From positions 293,795 through 357,794 of the forward strand of contig OY829891.1 of assembly GCA_963691905.1 (NCBI GenBank): DNA of 64,000 nucleotides, in the 5' to 3' direction. The stretch comes from Sedimenticolaceae bacterium (lineage in GTDB: Bacteria > Pseudomonadota > Gammaproteobacteria > Chromatiales > Chromatiaceae). A model generated the notes under the pieces. It was given only the letters and a program-made list of their open reading frames with translations, did no database searches and was not told where the DNA came from. A program made the translations under genes and the position numbers. Shown here piece after piece: positions 1-10,900 of the stretch (positions within the stretch are counted from its first letter, which is position 1; the number at the start of each line of letters is the position of its first letter).

Positions 1-67
1 CGATATTTACAGGCAGAGCTTGTAACGACGCATTGGCAGCCATGCCACCAAACAACCTGGAATAAAA

Positions 68-1144
68 ATGGAATCCATCGAGTCTGAAATCCAGCCGCTG
101 CTGGATCTTTTTGCGGGCCAACCCTATATCCAGTCAGCCCTGGTGGTGATGCTTACCCTCATGCTGGCCAAGCTTATCACCTGGTTCGTACTCGGCATCT
201 TCCAAAGATTGACCAAGCTCACCACTGCGCGGCTGGATGACGTCATCGTCCAGGCACTCTATACCCCCATCTTCTACAGCATCATCATGGTGGGCTTCTC
301 CATTGCAGACCACTTGCTACCGGTCAGCCAGGAAGTGCAGGATACGGTCATCGCCATCCTACGATCGATCGGCATCTTCGTCTGGATGCGATTCTTCATC
401 ACGATATCCAAAGCCAGCCTGAAAAGTCTGGCCACAGACAGCAACCGCTTACAATTCGTCCAGACCCAGACCCTGCCCCTGTTCCAGAATCTTGCACTGC
501 TTGTCATCATCGCCATTGCGATCTACCTGATCTTCGACGCCTGGCATATCGACATGAGCGCCTGGCTCGCCTCCGCCGGTATCGTCGGTATCGCCGTGGG
601 TTTCGCCGCCAAGGACACTCTGTCGAACCTCTTTTCCGGCGTCTTCATCCTCGCCGACACGCCTTATAAGATCGGCGATTTCATCGTGCTCGACTCTGGA
701 GAGCGCGGCGAGGTGACTCATATCGGCATCCGCAGCACCCGCATGTTGACCCGGGACGATGTGGAACTGACGATTCCCAACGCGGTAATGGGCAACTCCA
801 AGGTGATGAACGAAACCGGTGGTCCTCATGAAAAATACCGCATCCGGATACCTGTGGGGGTCGCCTATGGCTCGGACATCGACCAGGTAAGGGCGCTGCT
901 GATGGGGATTGCCATCGATTCCCAAGGCGTCTGCGCAGACCCGGAGCCACGAGTCCGGTTCCGGGCCCTTGGGGCATCGAGCCTCGACTTTCAGCTGCTC
1001 TGTTGGGTTGATGAACCGAGTCTGCGGGGCCGCGTGATCGACCAACTGCTGACCGAGATCTACAAGTGCTTCAATCGTGAAGGGGTTGAAATCCCCTATG
1101 CCAAACAGGACGTCTACATCAAAGAGATGCCCTCGATAGATTGA
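68..1144 (+). CDS. Mechanosensitive ion channel family protein (MscS-like)
   Basis: 358-aa ORF with N-terminal TM helices followed by an MscS-core-like stretch, GIVGIAVGFAAKDTLSNLFSGVFILADTPYKIGDFIVL. Confidence 0.85.
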   Translation: MESIESEIQPLLDLFAGQPYIQSALVVMLTLMLAKLITWFVLGIFQRLTKLTTARLDDVIVQALYTPIFYSIIMVGFSIADHLLPVSQEVQDTVIAILRSIGIFVWMRFFITISKASLKSLATDSNRLQFVQTQTLPLFQNLALLVIIAIAIYLIFDAWHIDMSAWLASAGIVGIAVGFAAKDTLSNLFSGVFILADTPYKIGDFIVLDSGERGEVTHIGIRSTRMLTRDDVELTIPNAVMGNSKVMNETGGPHEKYRIRIPVGVAYGSDIDQVRALLMGIAIDSQGVCADPEPRVRFRALGASSLDFQLLCWVDEPSLRGRVIDQLLTEIYKCFNREGVEIPYAKQDVYIKEMPSID

Positions 1145-1157
1145 CGCAGGGGCACCA

Positions 1158-1694
1158 GTGAAGCATCGGGAGAAACGTCACGGCATCACCCTGGTGAATA
1201 CCGGCGAGAGCAAAGGCAAATCATCCAGCGCCCTCGGTGTGGTCTTCCGTGCCGCCGGCTGGGGCATGAAGGTCTGTGTCATCCAATACATCAAGGGAAA
1301 TTGGAAGACCGGCGAACAGCAGGCCGCGTCGCGTTTCGACAATATCGAATGGCACGCCCTCGGTGACGGATTTACCTGGGATACAGAGAACCCGGAGCAA
1401 GATCGCAAGACCAGCCGGGAGATCTGGGCCTTCAGCCAGGAGAAGATACGCAGTGGAAAGTACGATCTGGTGGTACTTGATGAGATCAACTACTGCTGCG
1501 GTTACGGCTGGATCAGCGGAGCCGAGATCGCCGACTTCATCCGCGAGCATAAACCGGCCTGGATGCACCTGATACTCACCGGCAGAAACGCGCCGCCGGA
1601 ACTGATCGATGTGGCGGATACCGCCACCAGCATGACCCCGTTAAAGCATGCCTTCGATAGCGGCATCGAGGCGGAAAAGGGCATGGAATTTTGA
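1158..1694 (+). CDS. cobO: Cob(I)yrinic acid a,c-diamide adenosyltransferase (CobO/BtuR type)
   Basis: 178-aa ORF with a GTG start. It has the P-loop-like GESKGKSS and the IQYIKG / LDEINY motifs typical of CobO. Confidence 0.85.
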   Translation: MKHREKRHGITLVNTGESKGKSSSALGVVFRAAGWGMKVCVIQYIKGNWKTGEQQAASRFDNIEWHALGDGFTWDTENPEQDRKTSREIWAFSQEKIRSGKYDLVVLDEINYCCGYGWISGAEIADFIREHKPAWMHLILTGRNAPPELIDVADTATSMTPLKHAFDSGIEAEKGMEF

Positions 1695-1706
1695 CCCATT
1701 TAACAA

Positions 1707-1781
1707 TGTAGGACGGTTCAAGCACAGCGGAACCGGCAACCCCCATAAAATGCCCGATCTGCTACGCTTGATCGTGCCTAC
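1707..1781. repeat. REP-like palindromic units (GTAGG...CCTAC class)
   Basis: The reverse complement of the 3' unit (about 1749-1781; GTAGGCACGATCAAGCGTAGCAGATCGGGCATTT) recurs at 7887-7918 with 2 mismatches. A related unit lies at 51636-51669. Confidence 0.6.
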
Positions 1782-2015
1782 GCCTTAAACAATCAGGACA
1801 CCCCTAAACATCCCAAATGAAAACACTGATTCCCGGCGCACTGATGGAGATCAGCGAAACGGCCTTACTTGTTGCAGCGGCAGCAATAGGGTAGTTGGCA
1901 GGCCTGATCAAGCAAGCATATATGGACTGGACTGACACACTCAGATAACCTTATATTTCCTGTGGCGTTTCAGTGAGCCACCGGGCACAGAATCAGTCTT
2001 CGGGAGTGCATTAAC

Positions 2016-3716
2016 ATGAGCAAACTAACCAGAAGCTTTCGCATAGGCGAAAAAATTGGTTTCGGTTTTGGGCTTGTCGGTCTGATTTTTCTCCTTGTGA
2101 TCTGGCAGTATCACAATATCCTGCGACAGTCGCTGGGCGACTATCAACAGCTCCAGAGTGTCTTTGTTGCCAAGAAAGTCGATATGCTGTCAATCGAAAG
2201 CAGCATGAGGGGGGCGCGCCAGGCAGAAAAGGAATTCCTGCTCTACCGGGACGAGACATTTTCCGGAGAAGTGGATCGCCAGTTGCAGCAAGCCCTGCTC
2301 GCCGCCGCCGATCTGGGCAGGATCGACCCGGAGTCGATTCATATTGCGGACCGAATTACCGAACTGCTCAAAATCTATCAGCAGAAATTTCAGGCGGCGG
2401 TGCTGGATTGGCGCAAGATGGGGCTGGATCACAATTCTGGCCTTCAGGGTACGTTTCGAAATGCGGCCCATGAGTTGGAGACGATGGCCGGGCACTTCAA
2501 GGTGGACCGCCTCTATCTGCAATTGCTCCAGATCCGCCGCAGCGAGAAAGACTTGGGGCTAAGGCGGGAACAGCAATACTTGGCGCGGGTGCTCGATCTC
2601 ATCCAGGGATTCGAGACAAAAACAGCGGAGGCGCAACTCGAGGAGGGGGTAAAAACCCGGCTGTTTCACGAGATAGAGACCTATCGAGAGACCTTCGAAG
2701 CCTATGCCCGTGCGGTGCTCTCCGACGAGGACATCCACGGCGGCAAGGGGCCTTTCCGTCAGGCGGCCCATAGAATAGAGGCGATACTGAACAGCCACCA
2801 CGTTCCCGAGCTGGCAAATAACATTCTTCAATTGAGACGGCGCGAAAAAGATTACCTGCTAAGACATGACAAGAAGTACGTCGACATGGCCCTGCAGGAG
2901 CTGAATCGAATCCACGCGCGGGTTGAACCGTCGACCATAACCGCCGAACAGAAGACCCTCTTCCTCACGCTTTTGAAAAACTACCGCCGGGACTTCACTG
3001 CGTTGGTCGAACAGAACGACCATATCGACCGCATGACCGGGGAGATGCAGAGAGCCGTCTCTGAAATCACGTTACTGGTCAAGGAGAGTGTTGCGTCAGC
3101 CAATCAGGTCATGGCGCAGATGGAAAGTGAGATCAACATCTCATCGGATCAAAAGGAGCGCTTCATGCTCTGGTCGGTTGCCGTGGCAACACTGTTGGGT
3201 ATTGTCTTTGCGATATCCATCACCCTGCGGATCGTTCGCCCGCTACGATCGATGGCCGGCATACTGGATCAGCTTGCCTACGAAGAGACCACCGAGCGTC
3301 TGCCCTTCTACCCAGGCGCAAGAGATGAAGTCAACGCAATGGCCGGCTCGGTCAATACCATGGCCGACAACAAATCACGTTTCATTGCCTGGTGGAAAAG
3401 TTCAATGCGCGAAGCTGACGCCTGCGAGAATCTTGAAACCGTTCTGAAGCAAACATCAGACCTACCGGAAAGAGATGAGGCTGAACAGGAGTTCAGAGAT
3501 GCATTGGCGGCGCGTCACGAACTGCTGTTCCAGCAATATCACAAACTGCACGTCCTGAACGGGGCAGTTATCGAACAGGCGGAGGCGCTGCAGAAGGAGG
3601 GACACTCAGGAGAGACCCAGATCTGCATCAACACCATCCGATACTCGTCCCACTCAATGCAGAATATTCTTGAAATGGTTGCCTTCCAGGAGAATCAAAA
3701 ACGGATCCTGGTGTGA
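2016..3716 (+). CDS. Membrane sensor protein: helical periplasmic domain plus HAMP, no recognisable output domain
   Basis: 566 aa. There is an N-terminal TM helix and three R-x-x-EK-[DE]-[FLY]-L-L-like helices (AEKEFLLYRD, SEKDLGLRRE, REKDYLLRHD). A second TM helix (FMLWSVAVATLLGIVFAISITL) is followed by a HAMP-like segment. I could not recognise a kinase, MCP-signalling or GGDEF motif. Confidence 0.55.
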   Translation: MSKLTRSFRIGEKIGFGFGLVGLIFLLVIWQYHNILRQSLGDYQQLQSVFVAKKVDMLSIESSMRGARQAEKEFLLYRDETFSGEVDRQLQQALLAAADLGRIDPESIHIADRITELLKIYQQKFQAAVLDWRKMGLDHNSGLQGTFRNAAHELETMAGHFKVDRLYLQLLQIRRSEKDLGLRREQQYLARVLDLIQGFETKTAEAQLEEGVKTRLFHEIETYRETFEAYARAVLSDEDIHGGKGPFRQAAHRIEAILNSHHVPELANNILQLRRREKDYLLRHDKKYVDMALQELNRIHARVEPSTITAEQKTLFLTLLKNYRRDFTALVEQNDHIDRMTGEMQRAVSEITLLVKESVASANQVMAQMESEINISSDQKERFMLWSVAVATLLGIVFAISITLRIVRPLRSMAGILDQLAYEETTERLPFYPGARDEVNAMAGSVNTMADNKSRFIAWWKSSMREADACENLETVLKQTSDLPERDEAEQEFRDALAARHELLFQQYHKLHVLNGAVIEQAEALQKEGHSGETQICINTIRYSSHSMQNILEMVAFQENQKRILV

Positions 3717-3976
3717 TTTCCGCTACAAGACAATGACTTCCCGGATTGTTCGAGGGACTCGTTACCCGAAAATTTAGCTGGAAAACCTTTTTTGTTCTAC
3801 ACTTATCAATAAAGTGGTTATTATAGCCTGCGCCTTGATTCGAAGATGAGTCAAACCTGTGTGGGAAGGGGATAAGAGGATTTACTGGACACCTCTGTGA
3901 ATTCTCGTTTGTGATCTTATTTCCATGCCAGCCTGACTGACAAAATCAGCGTCGGGTCGAAGGGAGGGCAGCGGAA

Positions 3977-6900
3977 ATGAAGTCCGGCAAACTGGTATGG
4001 ATCACTGATTTCAGTCACCTGTTTTCGTTTCGTTACCGATTAGGGCTGCCCTGGAAAAATCTCACTCCCTGTCTGTTATCTACCTTGCTGTTGATATTTA
4101 CCCCAACTGCTCTCTATGCAGCAGTGGGAGATACTACACGGGTCAGCGTGGACTCATCAGGGGCGGAAGCCAATGGTGAGAGTCCTAATCCCAGCATCTC
4201 CTCGGATGGGCGCTTTATTGCCTTTGAATCCGCTGCCAGCAATCTGGTGCCGAACGACAACAACAGCACCAACGATATCTTCGTCCATGATCGGGATAGC
4301 GGACAGACCACCCGAGTCAGTGTTGACTCCTCCGGGGTTGAAAGCAATGGCTGGAGTTTGTCTGCAGCTATCTCTGATGATGGCCGATATGTGACCTTTG
4401 ATTCGGCAGCCACCAATCTGCTCACCACCGATACCAATAACGCAAGAGACATCTTCGTCCATGACCGGACAACCGGCGTGACTACCCGGGTGAGCCTCGA
4501 CTCATCAGGAATTGAGGGGGGTTCTCACAGTATAACGCCAGCCATCTCATCAACAGGCCGGTTTGTCGCCTTTGCATCTTATGCCAGCAATCTTGTGCTG
4601 GATGATACCAACAGCAGAATCGATATCTTCGTCCATGACCGGGATACTGGAGAGACCACGCGCGTGAGCATGGATTCGTTCGGGGAACAGAGCAACAACA
4701 ACAGTAGCCTTCCTTCACTTTCTACAGATGGGCGTTACGTCGTCTTTGAGTCTGATGCCAGCAATCTGGTTCTGAATGATAGCAACAGTACCAGAGATGT
4801 CTTTGTCCATGACCGGGATACCGGAGAAACCACCCGGGTGAGCGTGAATTCGTCCGGGGCGGAGGGGGGTGACCTCAGTTCTTACCCAGCCATCTCCGGG
4901 GATGGTCGCTTTGTAACCTTTCAATCCCATGCCACCAATCTGGTCACAGGGGATACGAACGGCACTACGGATATTTTTGTGCATGACCGCGATACCCACG
5001 AGACCACCCGGGTGAGCGTGGATTCCTCCGGCACTCCGGCCAGCTTTTTGAGCTTTACCCCCGACATCTCCGCAGACGGTCGTTATGTCGCCTTTTCATC
5101 CATAGACCCTAACCTGGTGTCCGGGGATTTCAACGGTATGATGGATATTTTTGTGCATGACCGCGATACAGGCCAGACCTCCCTGGTGAGTGTCAGAGAC
5201 TCCGGTTCGCAAGGAGACGCCAGCAGCATCAACCCGGCCATATCCGCAGACGGGACGCATGTCGCCTTTGAATCCGAAGGCCGGATGGTGTTTGACGACT
5301 TCAATGGTGTGACCGATATCTTCGTCAACGAGTATATCGGTCCGATAGTGGTGCCCCCGCCCCCCACCGATGCCGACATGAGCGTGTCTCTTTCGGATGG
5401 CAGTGATCCTGTCGATGCAGGCTCGAATCTATCATTTTCTGTTACCGCCACCAATTCCGGGCCGGCGGACGCCACCAACGTAATGTTAAGCGTTGACCTG
5501 CCGGACAATGTGACTTTTATCAGCAGCCACGTTGTCTGCAGTGAATCTGCCAGTATCGTGAGTTGCGCCTTGGGTGACATAACATCCGGTGGCGGTAGCC
5601 AGGTCAGCATCCTGGTGACCGTCCCATTCACCGCGGGTCTCCTCACCACCACCGCCGAGGTGACGGCGGACCAGGTCGATTTGACAGCCGCCAATAACAG
5701 CGTCAGTGAAACCACTTCCGTTATCCTGCCGAACATCGAAATCATCGATTCCACTCTACCAATCGATGATCTGACGATCCTGTTCGGCACCCACCGGATC
5801 GGTGAGACTACCGATGAAATCGTCACCATCACCAACAACAGCCTCACCATGCCGGTCACCATCACCGTGATCGCCAACTCCCTGGAGGCGCCCTTTCAGG
5901 TGCTCGATCCGAACGGTTGTGACGGTGCCCCACTGGATGCCGGTTCCAGTTGCATCCTCACGGTGGAGTACGCCCCCACGATGACCGGCGATGCCAGCGA
6001 CACCTTGACCCTGGGGATCGGGGCGGACAGTGTGGATGTGGTCGTCAGAGGGACCGCTGTGGAGAACGCCGCCGATCTGGCGATCGGTAAGACCGCTGAT
6101 ATTCTCGTGGTCAGCCCGGGGGTCATAACCACCTTCACCCTCACGGTCACCAATCACGGACCGGATGCCGCCAGTGTGGTGGTCACCGATCAGCTGCCCG
6201 CCGGTATGGAGATTCCGGCAGGTATGTCGGCGGCAGCCAGTATCGGCAGCTACGATGAAACAACCGGCGAATGGAGTGTTGGCATATTGGATGTCACCCA
6301 GCCACCCGTGACGGAGACCCTGGAGATACCCGTTCAGGTGATCAGCGCTGAACACTGCATCACCAACACCGCGAGTGTCGCAATGGCGCCGGGTGAGACA
6401 TCTGTCGATACCAATAGCAGTAATAATAGTGACTCGGTAACCATCGGTACCTCAGACGGATGTGCGGATCTTTCGATGACAGGCGAAATAATCAATAACT
6501 TTTATTCGTCGAGCAGTGGAGGTGATTGCATCAATATAGTTGTTGAAGTCCGTGTCAGCAATCTGGGTCCCACAGCTGCTTCGGGCGTTATAATCCGGCA
6601 GAATCGTATTGTTTTCACAAGTAGCAGTAGCACTAAATACGAGTGTGAATCAGGTACAAGGCACGAACCAACGGTAGAGGAAGAGATCAATCTGGATAAC
6701 CTGGCTCCCGGTGAGTCCAAGACAGCCGTGCTTTTCTCTTATGAGGAAGCAGCATTCCCCGTGAAAGCAAGCATGAATCTCTCTCTCGATTATTCTGTGA
6801 CATCCGATAGTTTCGATTCCGATTTGAACAATAACCATTACATCGCGAGTAAATCATTTTCGAATACAGATACAACGATACAACTTGACGATCCGGGATG

Positions 6901-7264
6901 TTCTTTCTCACTTGCCACATCCGGAACACCGTTAACTCAGGGGTTGAATCTTCTGCGTCAGTTCCGCGACCAGATACTGATGCCCTATGCAGCGGGGCGC
7001 AGCTTGGTCAACATCTATTACGAGTTGAGTCCACCACTTGCCATGTTAATGACCAAGCACGAAAGCCTGAGGACCGTAATCCGTACACTATTGCGACCCG
7101 TTATCTGGTGGGCCGGTTTGACCCTCTCCTCACCCGTAGTCGGTTGGTTGCTGCTAATATGTCTCGGGATCGGAGTGCTATTTTCAATGGTCATAGTTGC
7201 GCGGCGTCTAAGTCGTATGATGATAGGGAAAAGTTCAATGCCCCTGGCTAAGAGACACATTTAA
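3977..7264 (+). CDS. Large secreted/anchored protein: ~9 PD40 (TolB-like beta-propeller) repeats, DUF11-type repeats, C-terminal anchor module
   Basis: 1095 aa with a signal-like N-terminus. It has ~57-aa tandem repeats of the form TTRVSVDSSG..SISSDGRF[IV]AFES.ASNLV..D.N...DIFVHDR. Segments such as 'NSGPADATNV' and 'NHGPDAASVV' look like DUF11. The C-terminus has LRQFRD..YYELSPPLA followed by a TM helix. Confidence 0.75.
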   Translation: MKSGKLVWITDFSHLFSFRYRLGLPWKNLTPCLLSTLLLIFTPTALYAAVGDTTRVSVDSSGAEANGESPNPSISSDGRFIAFESAASNLVPNDNNSTNDIFVHDRDSGQTTRVSVDSSGVESNGWSLSAAISDDGRYVTFDSAATNLLTTDTNNARDIFVHDRTTGVTTRVSLDSSGIEGGSHSITPAISSTGRFVAFASYASNLVLDDTNSRIDIFVHDRDTGETTRVSMDSFGEQSNNNSSLPSLSTDGRYVVFESDASNLVLNDSNSTRDVFVHDRDTGETTRVSVNSSGAEGGDLSSYPAISGDGRFVTFQSHATNLVTGDTNGTTDIFVHDRDTHETTRVSVDSSGTPASFLSFTPDISADGRYVAFSSIDPNLVSGDFNGMMDIFVHDRDTGQTSLVSVRDSGSQGDASSINPAISADGTHVAFESEGRMVFDDFNGVTDIFVNEYIGPIVVPPPPTDADMSVSLSDGSDPVDAGSNLSFSVTATNSGPADATNVMLSVDLPDNVTFISSHVVCSESASIVSCALGDITSGGGSQVSILVTVPFTAGLLTTTAEVTADQVDLTAANNSVSETTSVILPNIEIIDSTLPIDDLTILFGTHRIGETTDEIVTITNNSLTMPVTITVIANSLEAPFQVLDPNGCDGAPLDAGSSCILTVEYAPTMTGDASDTLTLGIGADSVDVVVRGTAVENAADLAIGKTADILVVSPGVITTFTLTVTNHGPDAASVVVTDQLPAGMEIPAGMSAAASIGSYDETTGEWSVGILDVTQPPVTETLEIPVQVISAEHCITNTASVAMAPGETSVDTNSSNNSDSVTIGTSDGCADLSMTGEIINNFYSSSSGGDCINIVVEVRVSNLGPTAASGVIIRQNRIVFTSSSSTKYECESGTRHEPTVEEEINLDNLAPGESKTAVLFSYEEAAFPVKASMNLSLDYSVTSDSFDSDLNNNHYIASKSFSNTDTTIQLDDPGCSFSLATSGTPLTQGLNLLRQFRDQILMPYAAGRSLVNIYYELSPPLAMLMTKHESLRTVIRTLLRPVIWWAGLTLSSPVVGWLLLICLGIGVLFSMVIVARRLSRMMIGKSSMPLAKRHI

Positions 7265-7392
7265 CATGTCTTCCCAGGCTGGCTGAAGCCATTGTCATTG
7301 CTTGGGCACAAATGGCGACGAGTGAAAATTGGACGACTGAAGGGGTCGGTAACGGCAACGACCCCGGATTGTTGCCGTTAAAGTGAAAAATA

Positions 7393-7809
7393 ATGAGCGC
7401 GAATACCTATAAAGGCAGTTGCCTTTGCGGCAAAGTCCGTTTTGAAATAACCGGCGAAATAGAGAACATCATCTATTGCCATTGCTCGCAGTGTCGAAAA
7501 GCACAAGGCAGCGCGTTTGCAACAAATGGGAATGTAGATGTAGAAGCGTTTGTTTTTATATCGGGCGAGGAAGAGTTAACGTGTTACCAATCGACTCCGG
7601 GACAAACAAAATATTTCTGCAAACACTGTGGTTCCCCAATCATCAGCAAAAAAGAATCCGTTCCGAACAAAGTACGGGTTCGTCTTGGAACCGTCGAATC
7701 AGATATACGCGAAAGGCCAATCGCGCATATTTTCGTCTCATCAAAAGCGAACTGGGAAACGTTGCCCGATGATTTACCTCAATACGAGTCCTATGAGCCA
7801 GACAGATAG
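7393..7809 (+). CDS. GFA family protein (glutathione-dependent formaldehyde-activating-like Zn-binding fold)
   Basis: 138 aa with the pattern CLCGKVRFE...YCHCSQCRKAQGSAF...CKHCGSP. Confidence 0.85.
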   Translation: MSANTYKGSCLCGKVRFEITGEIENIIYCHCSQCRKAQGSAFATNGNVDVEAFVFISGEEELTCYQSTPGQTKYFCKHCGSPIISKKESVPNKVRVRLGTVESDIRERPIAHIFVSSKANWETLPDDLPQYESYEPDR

Positions 7810-7886
7810 ATGCGCACCTAATCCGACCTAGGCTTATTCGGGCCTTCTCCAACACCCATTATTCACAGTTGAATTGCCGAACTGGC

Positions 7887-7918
7887 GTAGGCACGATCAA
7901 GCGCAGCGGATCGGGCAT
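7887..7918. repeat. REP unit GTAGGCACGATCAAGCGCAGCGGATCGGGCAT
   Basis: Near-identical (2 mismatches) to the reverse complement of 1749-1781. Confidence 0.6.
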
Positions 7919-7987
7919 TTTTGAATAAACAGAACATGGTGTAGTTGATGACTCTCCTGCTTCAGGCCTGTACCGTTTACCAAAGTT

Positions 7988-10900
7988 ATGAAATCATGGT
8001 CAAATCATCAGAACGAGATTCGGCTGACGAGTGACGCCAAACCAAGCAAAAGCACCCGCAACGACACCATGGAAAAAGAAGAAAAATCGATCATCCGCAT
8101 CTTCGTCGGCTCACCCGGTGATGTGGAAGAGGAGCGCAAGGCCGCCTTTGAGGTCATCGACCAGCTGAACAACCACCACTGGCGACCCCGCAACATTGCG
8201 GTAAAGGGTTACGGCTGGGACAATACCCACTACCCGAAACTGATCCCCAACTCACCACAGGCCGACATCGAAACCAGCCTGCCGAAGATGGCAGAGTACG
8301 ACATCTGCATCTTCATACTCTGCCATCGTCTGGGTACGCCGTTGGATGAGAGCTTTGCCCCCCTGGATGACGATGGCCGCCAGCCCACCGGTACCGAGTA
8401 CGAATTCTACAGTGCCCGGAATACAGAGACACCACCACAGATACTGCTATATCGGCGTGAAAAAGCGTTCTCTCTGCAACCCGATATGCCTCAAACTGAC
8501 CAAATAGAGGCTTTCGAACAATTCCAACTTGCGAATGCCTTCATCGAAAAAAACACCAAAGAAGGCAAAACCTTCACTGGCGACTACCACAAACACAAAA
8601 CAGACGACGACTTCAAAACACGCCTGGAGAAAGACCTCACTGCCCTGGTCAATCGACTGCTCAAGACACCCGCACAACCGGATAAACCCAAAACTGACCA
8701 ACCGGCGTCCATCCCCAGCAGCTACCTGAATTGGCTCAGACACAAAGCCAGCGATATCACTCTGCTCGGTCTCGACAACAAAGAGGCCCACAACGTCCGC
8801 CTGCCGCAAGTCTACGTCCCGGCAATCACCCCAACGCCCACAGAGGAAGGGGAAGAGAAAAAAGAACGCTGGGAAGTAGATCGAGAAGGCCATGATCTGT
8901 TACTGACGCGACTGAACCAGGACTCCCTCTACCTGCCGGGTGCGCCAGGCAGGGGCAAAACCACCTTCTGCAACTGGGTCTGTTGGGTTGTGGCCAGCAG
9001 TACCATCCCCGCCGACGACCACAAACTGGCCGCTGAATACCAAGAAGAACTACCGCAAGATCTGCTGGGCCGTCTGCCGGTCCTCTGCCGATTACGCGAA
9101 TTCTGGGGACACATGACATGCCGGAAGGACAACGGCGACTGGACCCGCACCCAACTTGAGACAGCCCTCTGCAACTGGCTCGACAAGAAAAAACCGGATG
9201 GTCTGACTTCAGCCCGCTTTCTGGAGCACCTGAAACGGGGTAACTGCCTGCTGATCATCGACGGCTTTGATGAAGTCCCGCCAAGCCGTGAGTACGATGG
9301 CCACATCGAATATCCCCGCGCCGCCCTGCTCTCAGGCCTGAAGAAGGCGCTGCCTCACTGGATCGAAGGCGGCAACCGCATCCTGCTCACCAGCCGCCCC
9401 TACGGTCTGAGTCCGGGTGAGCGTCAGGGACTGGGCCTTGCAGAGAGCGAACTCTCCGCCCTCACTGGCGGCCTGCAACGACTCTTCGTTCAACGCTGGT
9501 TCCATGCAGCAGACAGAGAGAAAGGGACAATAAAGGCCGACGGACTTCTGCAACAACTCGATGCCCGCCCCGACCTAAATGAGTTTCGTACCAACCCAAT
9601 GCTGCTGACCGCCCTCTGCGTGAAGTATGACGAAGGGAGCAGGCTGCCGAAAGATATCCACGATCTCTACAGTGCGGTGATAAACCAGGTACTACACAAC
9701 CGCTATCTTGACCGGGCGCATGAGGTGGCGAAGGTGCGGCGGCGACTGGGGGTCATCGCTTGGGAGATGCACAGCGGCGATCTGGCGGGTAAACAACGCA
9801 GCGTACCCGACGCGGAGATCCACGAAGAGGAGATCGAGGGGGTTTTGATAGACTATGCCCATTCCAAACCCCACGATGAGGGCGGTGAAGATGATGCCTC
9901 AGACAAGCGGGAAGACTTGCTCTCGCGCTCCGGTCTTTTACTGCCGACAGAAAACAATCAGGCGGAGTTCTATCACCTCAGCTTCCAGGATTTCCTCGCT
10001 GCAGAGCGTTTTGTCCGTTCTGGGCAATCGGTGGAGGATCTGGTCGCCTCCCATGCGGGCACATCCCAGTGGCGACAGACCCTGCTGTTTCTTTTCGCCC
10101 GGCTCACCAGCCGGGAGGATCTGGATACCGCCCTGGAGCGTTTCTCAGTACTGGGAGATTTTCTTGACCGGGATTCACTGCGCCAAAATCCACGCCCCGC
10201 CATTCTGTTGGGCGACTGTCTGGAGATCGCCCAGGCACGGGGAGAGATCGGCGAGTGGGGCATGGTCTATCGCCAGGCATGTTATACCGCACTGGAAGTG
10301 GTAAAGAGCCCGGAACATCGTGAAGCACTGTTTCGCGCCCTGGGAGCAGCCGGTCTTGATGATCGTCCAGGTGTGGGGCTGGATGAAAACGACCTGCCCG
10401 ATATCGCCTGGCAGGATATTCCGGCGGGTGAAGTTACCCTGTCCGGCAATGCGGGCAGTTTCCCGGTAGGGACCTTCCGCCTCTCCCGCTACCCCGTCAC
10501 CAACGCCCAGTTCCAGGCCTTTATCGATGATGACAAGGGGTATAAGAACCCTGAGTGGTGGGCAGACCTGGAGGTGGAACCGGGCAAACCTTTGTCCTCA
10601 CAGTGGAAGGAAGACAACCATCCCCGTGAAAGAGTCAGCTGGTATGAGGCAATGGCTTTCTGTGCCTGGCTATCCCACCGGCTGGGTTATCGGATGAGTC
10701 CACCGACAGAGTGGCAGTGGCAGCAGGCCGCCACCAGCGGCAATCCTGGGCAGGACTATCCGTGGGAAAAGGAGTACAAAAGTGGGCGGGCCAATATTGA
10801 TGAGACTTCTGGAGGTGCAGGTTCTCACTATCTGCGCCGAACCACGGCCGTGGGTATCTATCCTCAAGGTAATTCTGCGCAAAAGGTATCGGATCTTGCA

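Noticed and set aside
4670-4700. Other AAC-rich stretches as candidate template repeats (4670-4700 in the PD40 gene; 39655-39690 in the low-complexity gene).
   Set aside because: They share no similarity with the 121-nt repeat outside the AAC runs. They are simply Asn codons inside unrelated ORFs.
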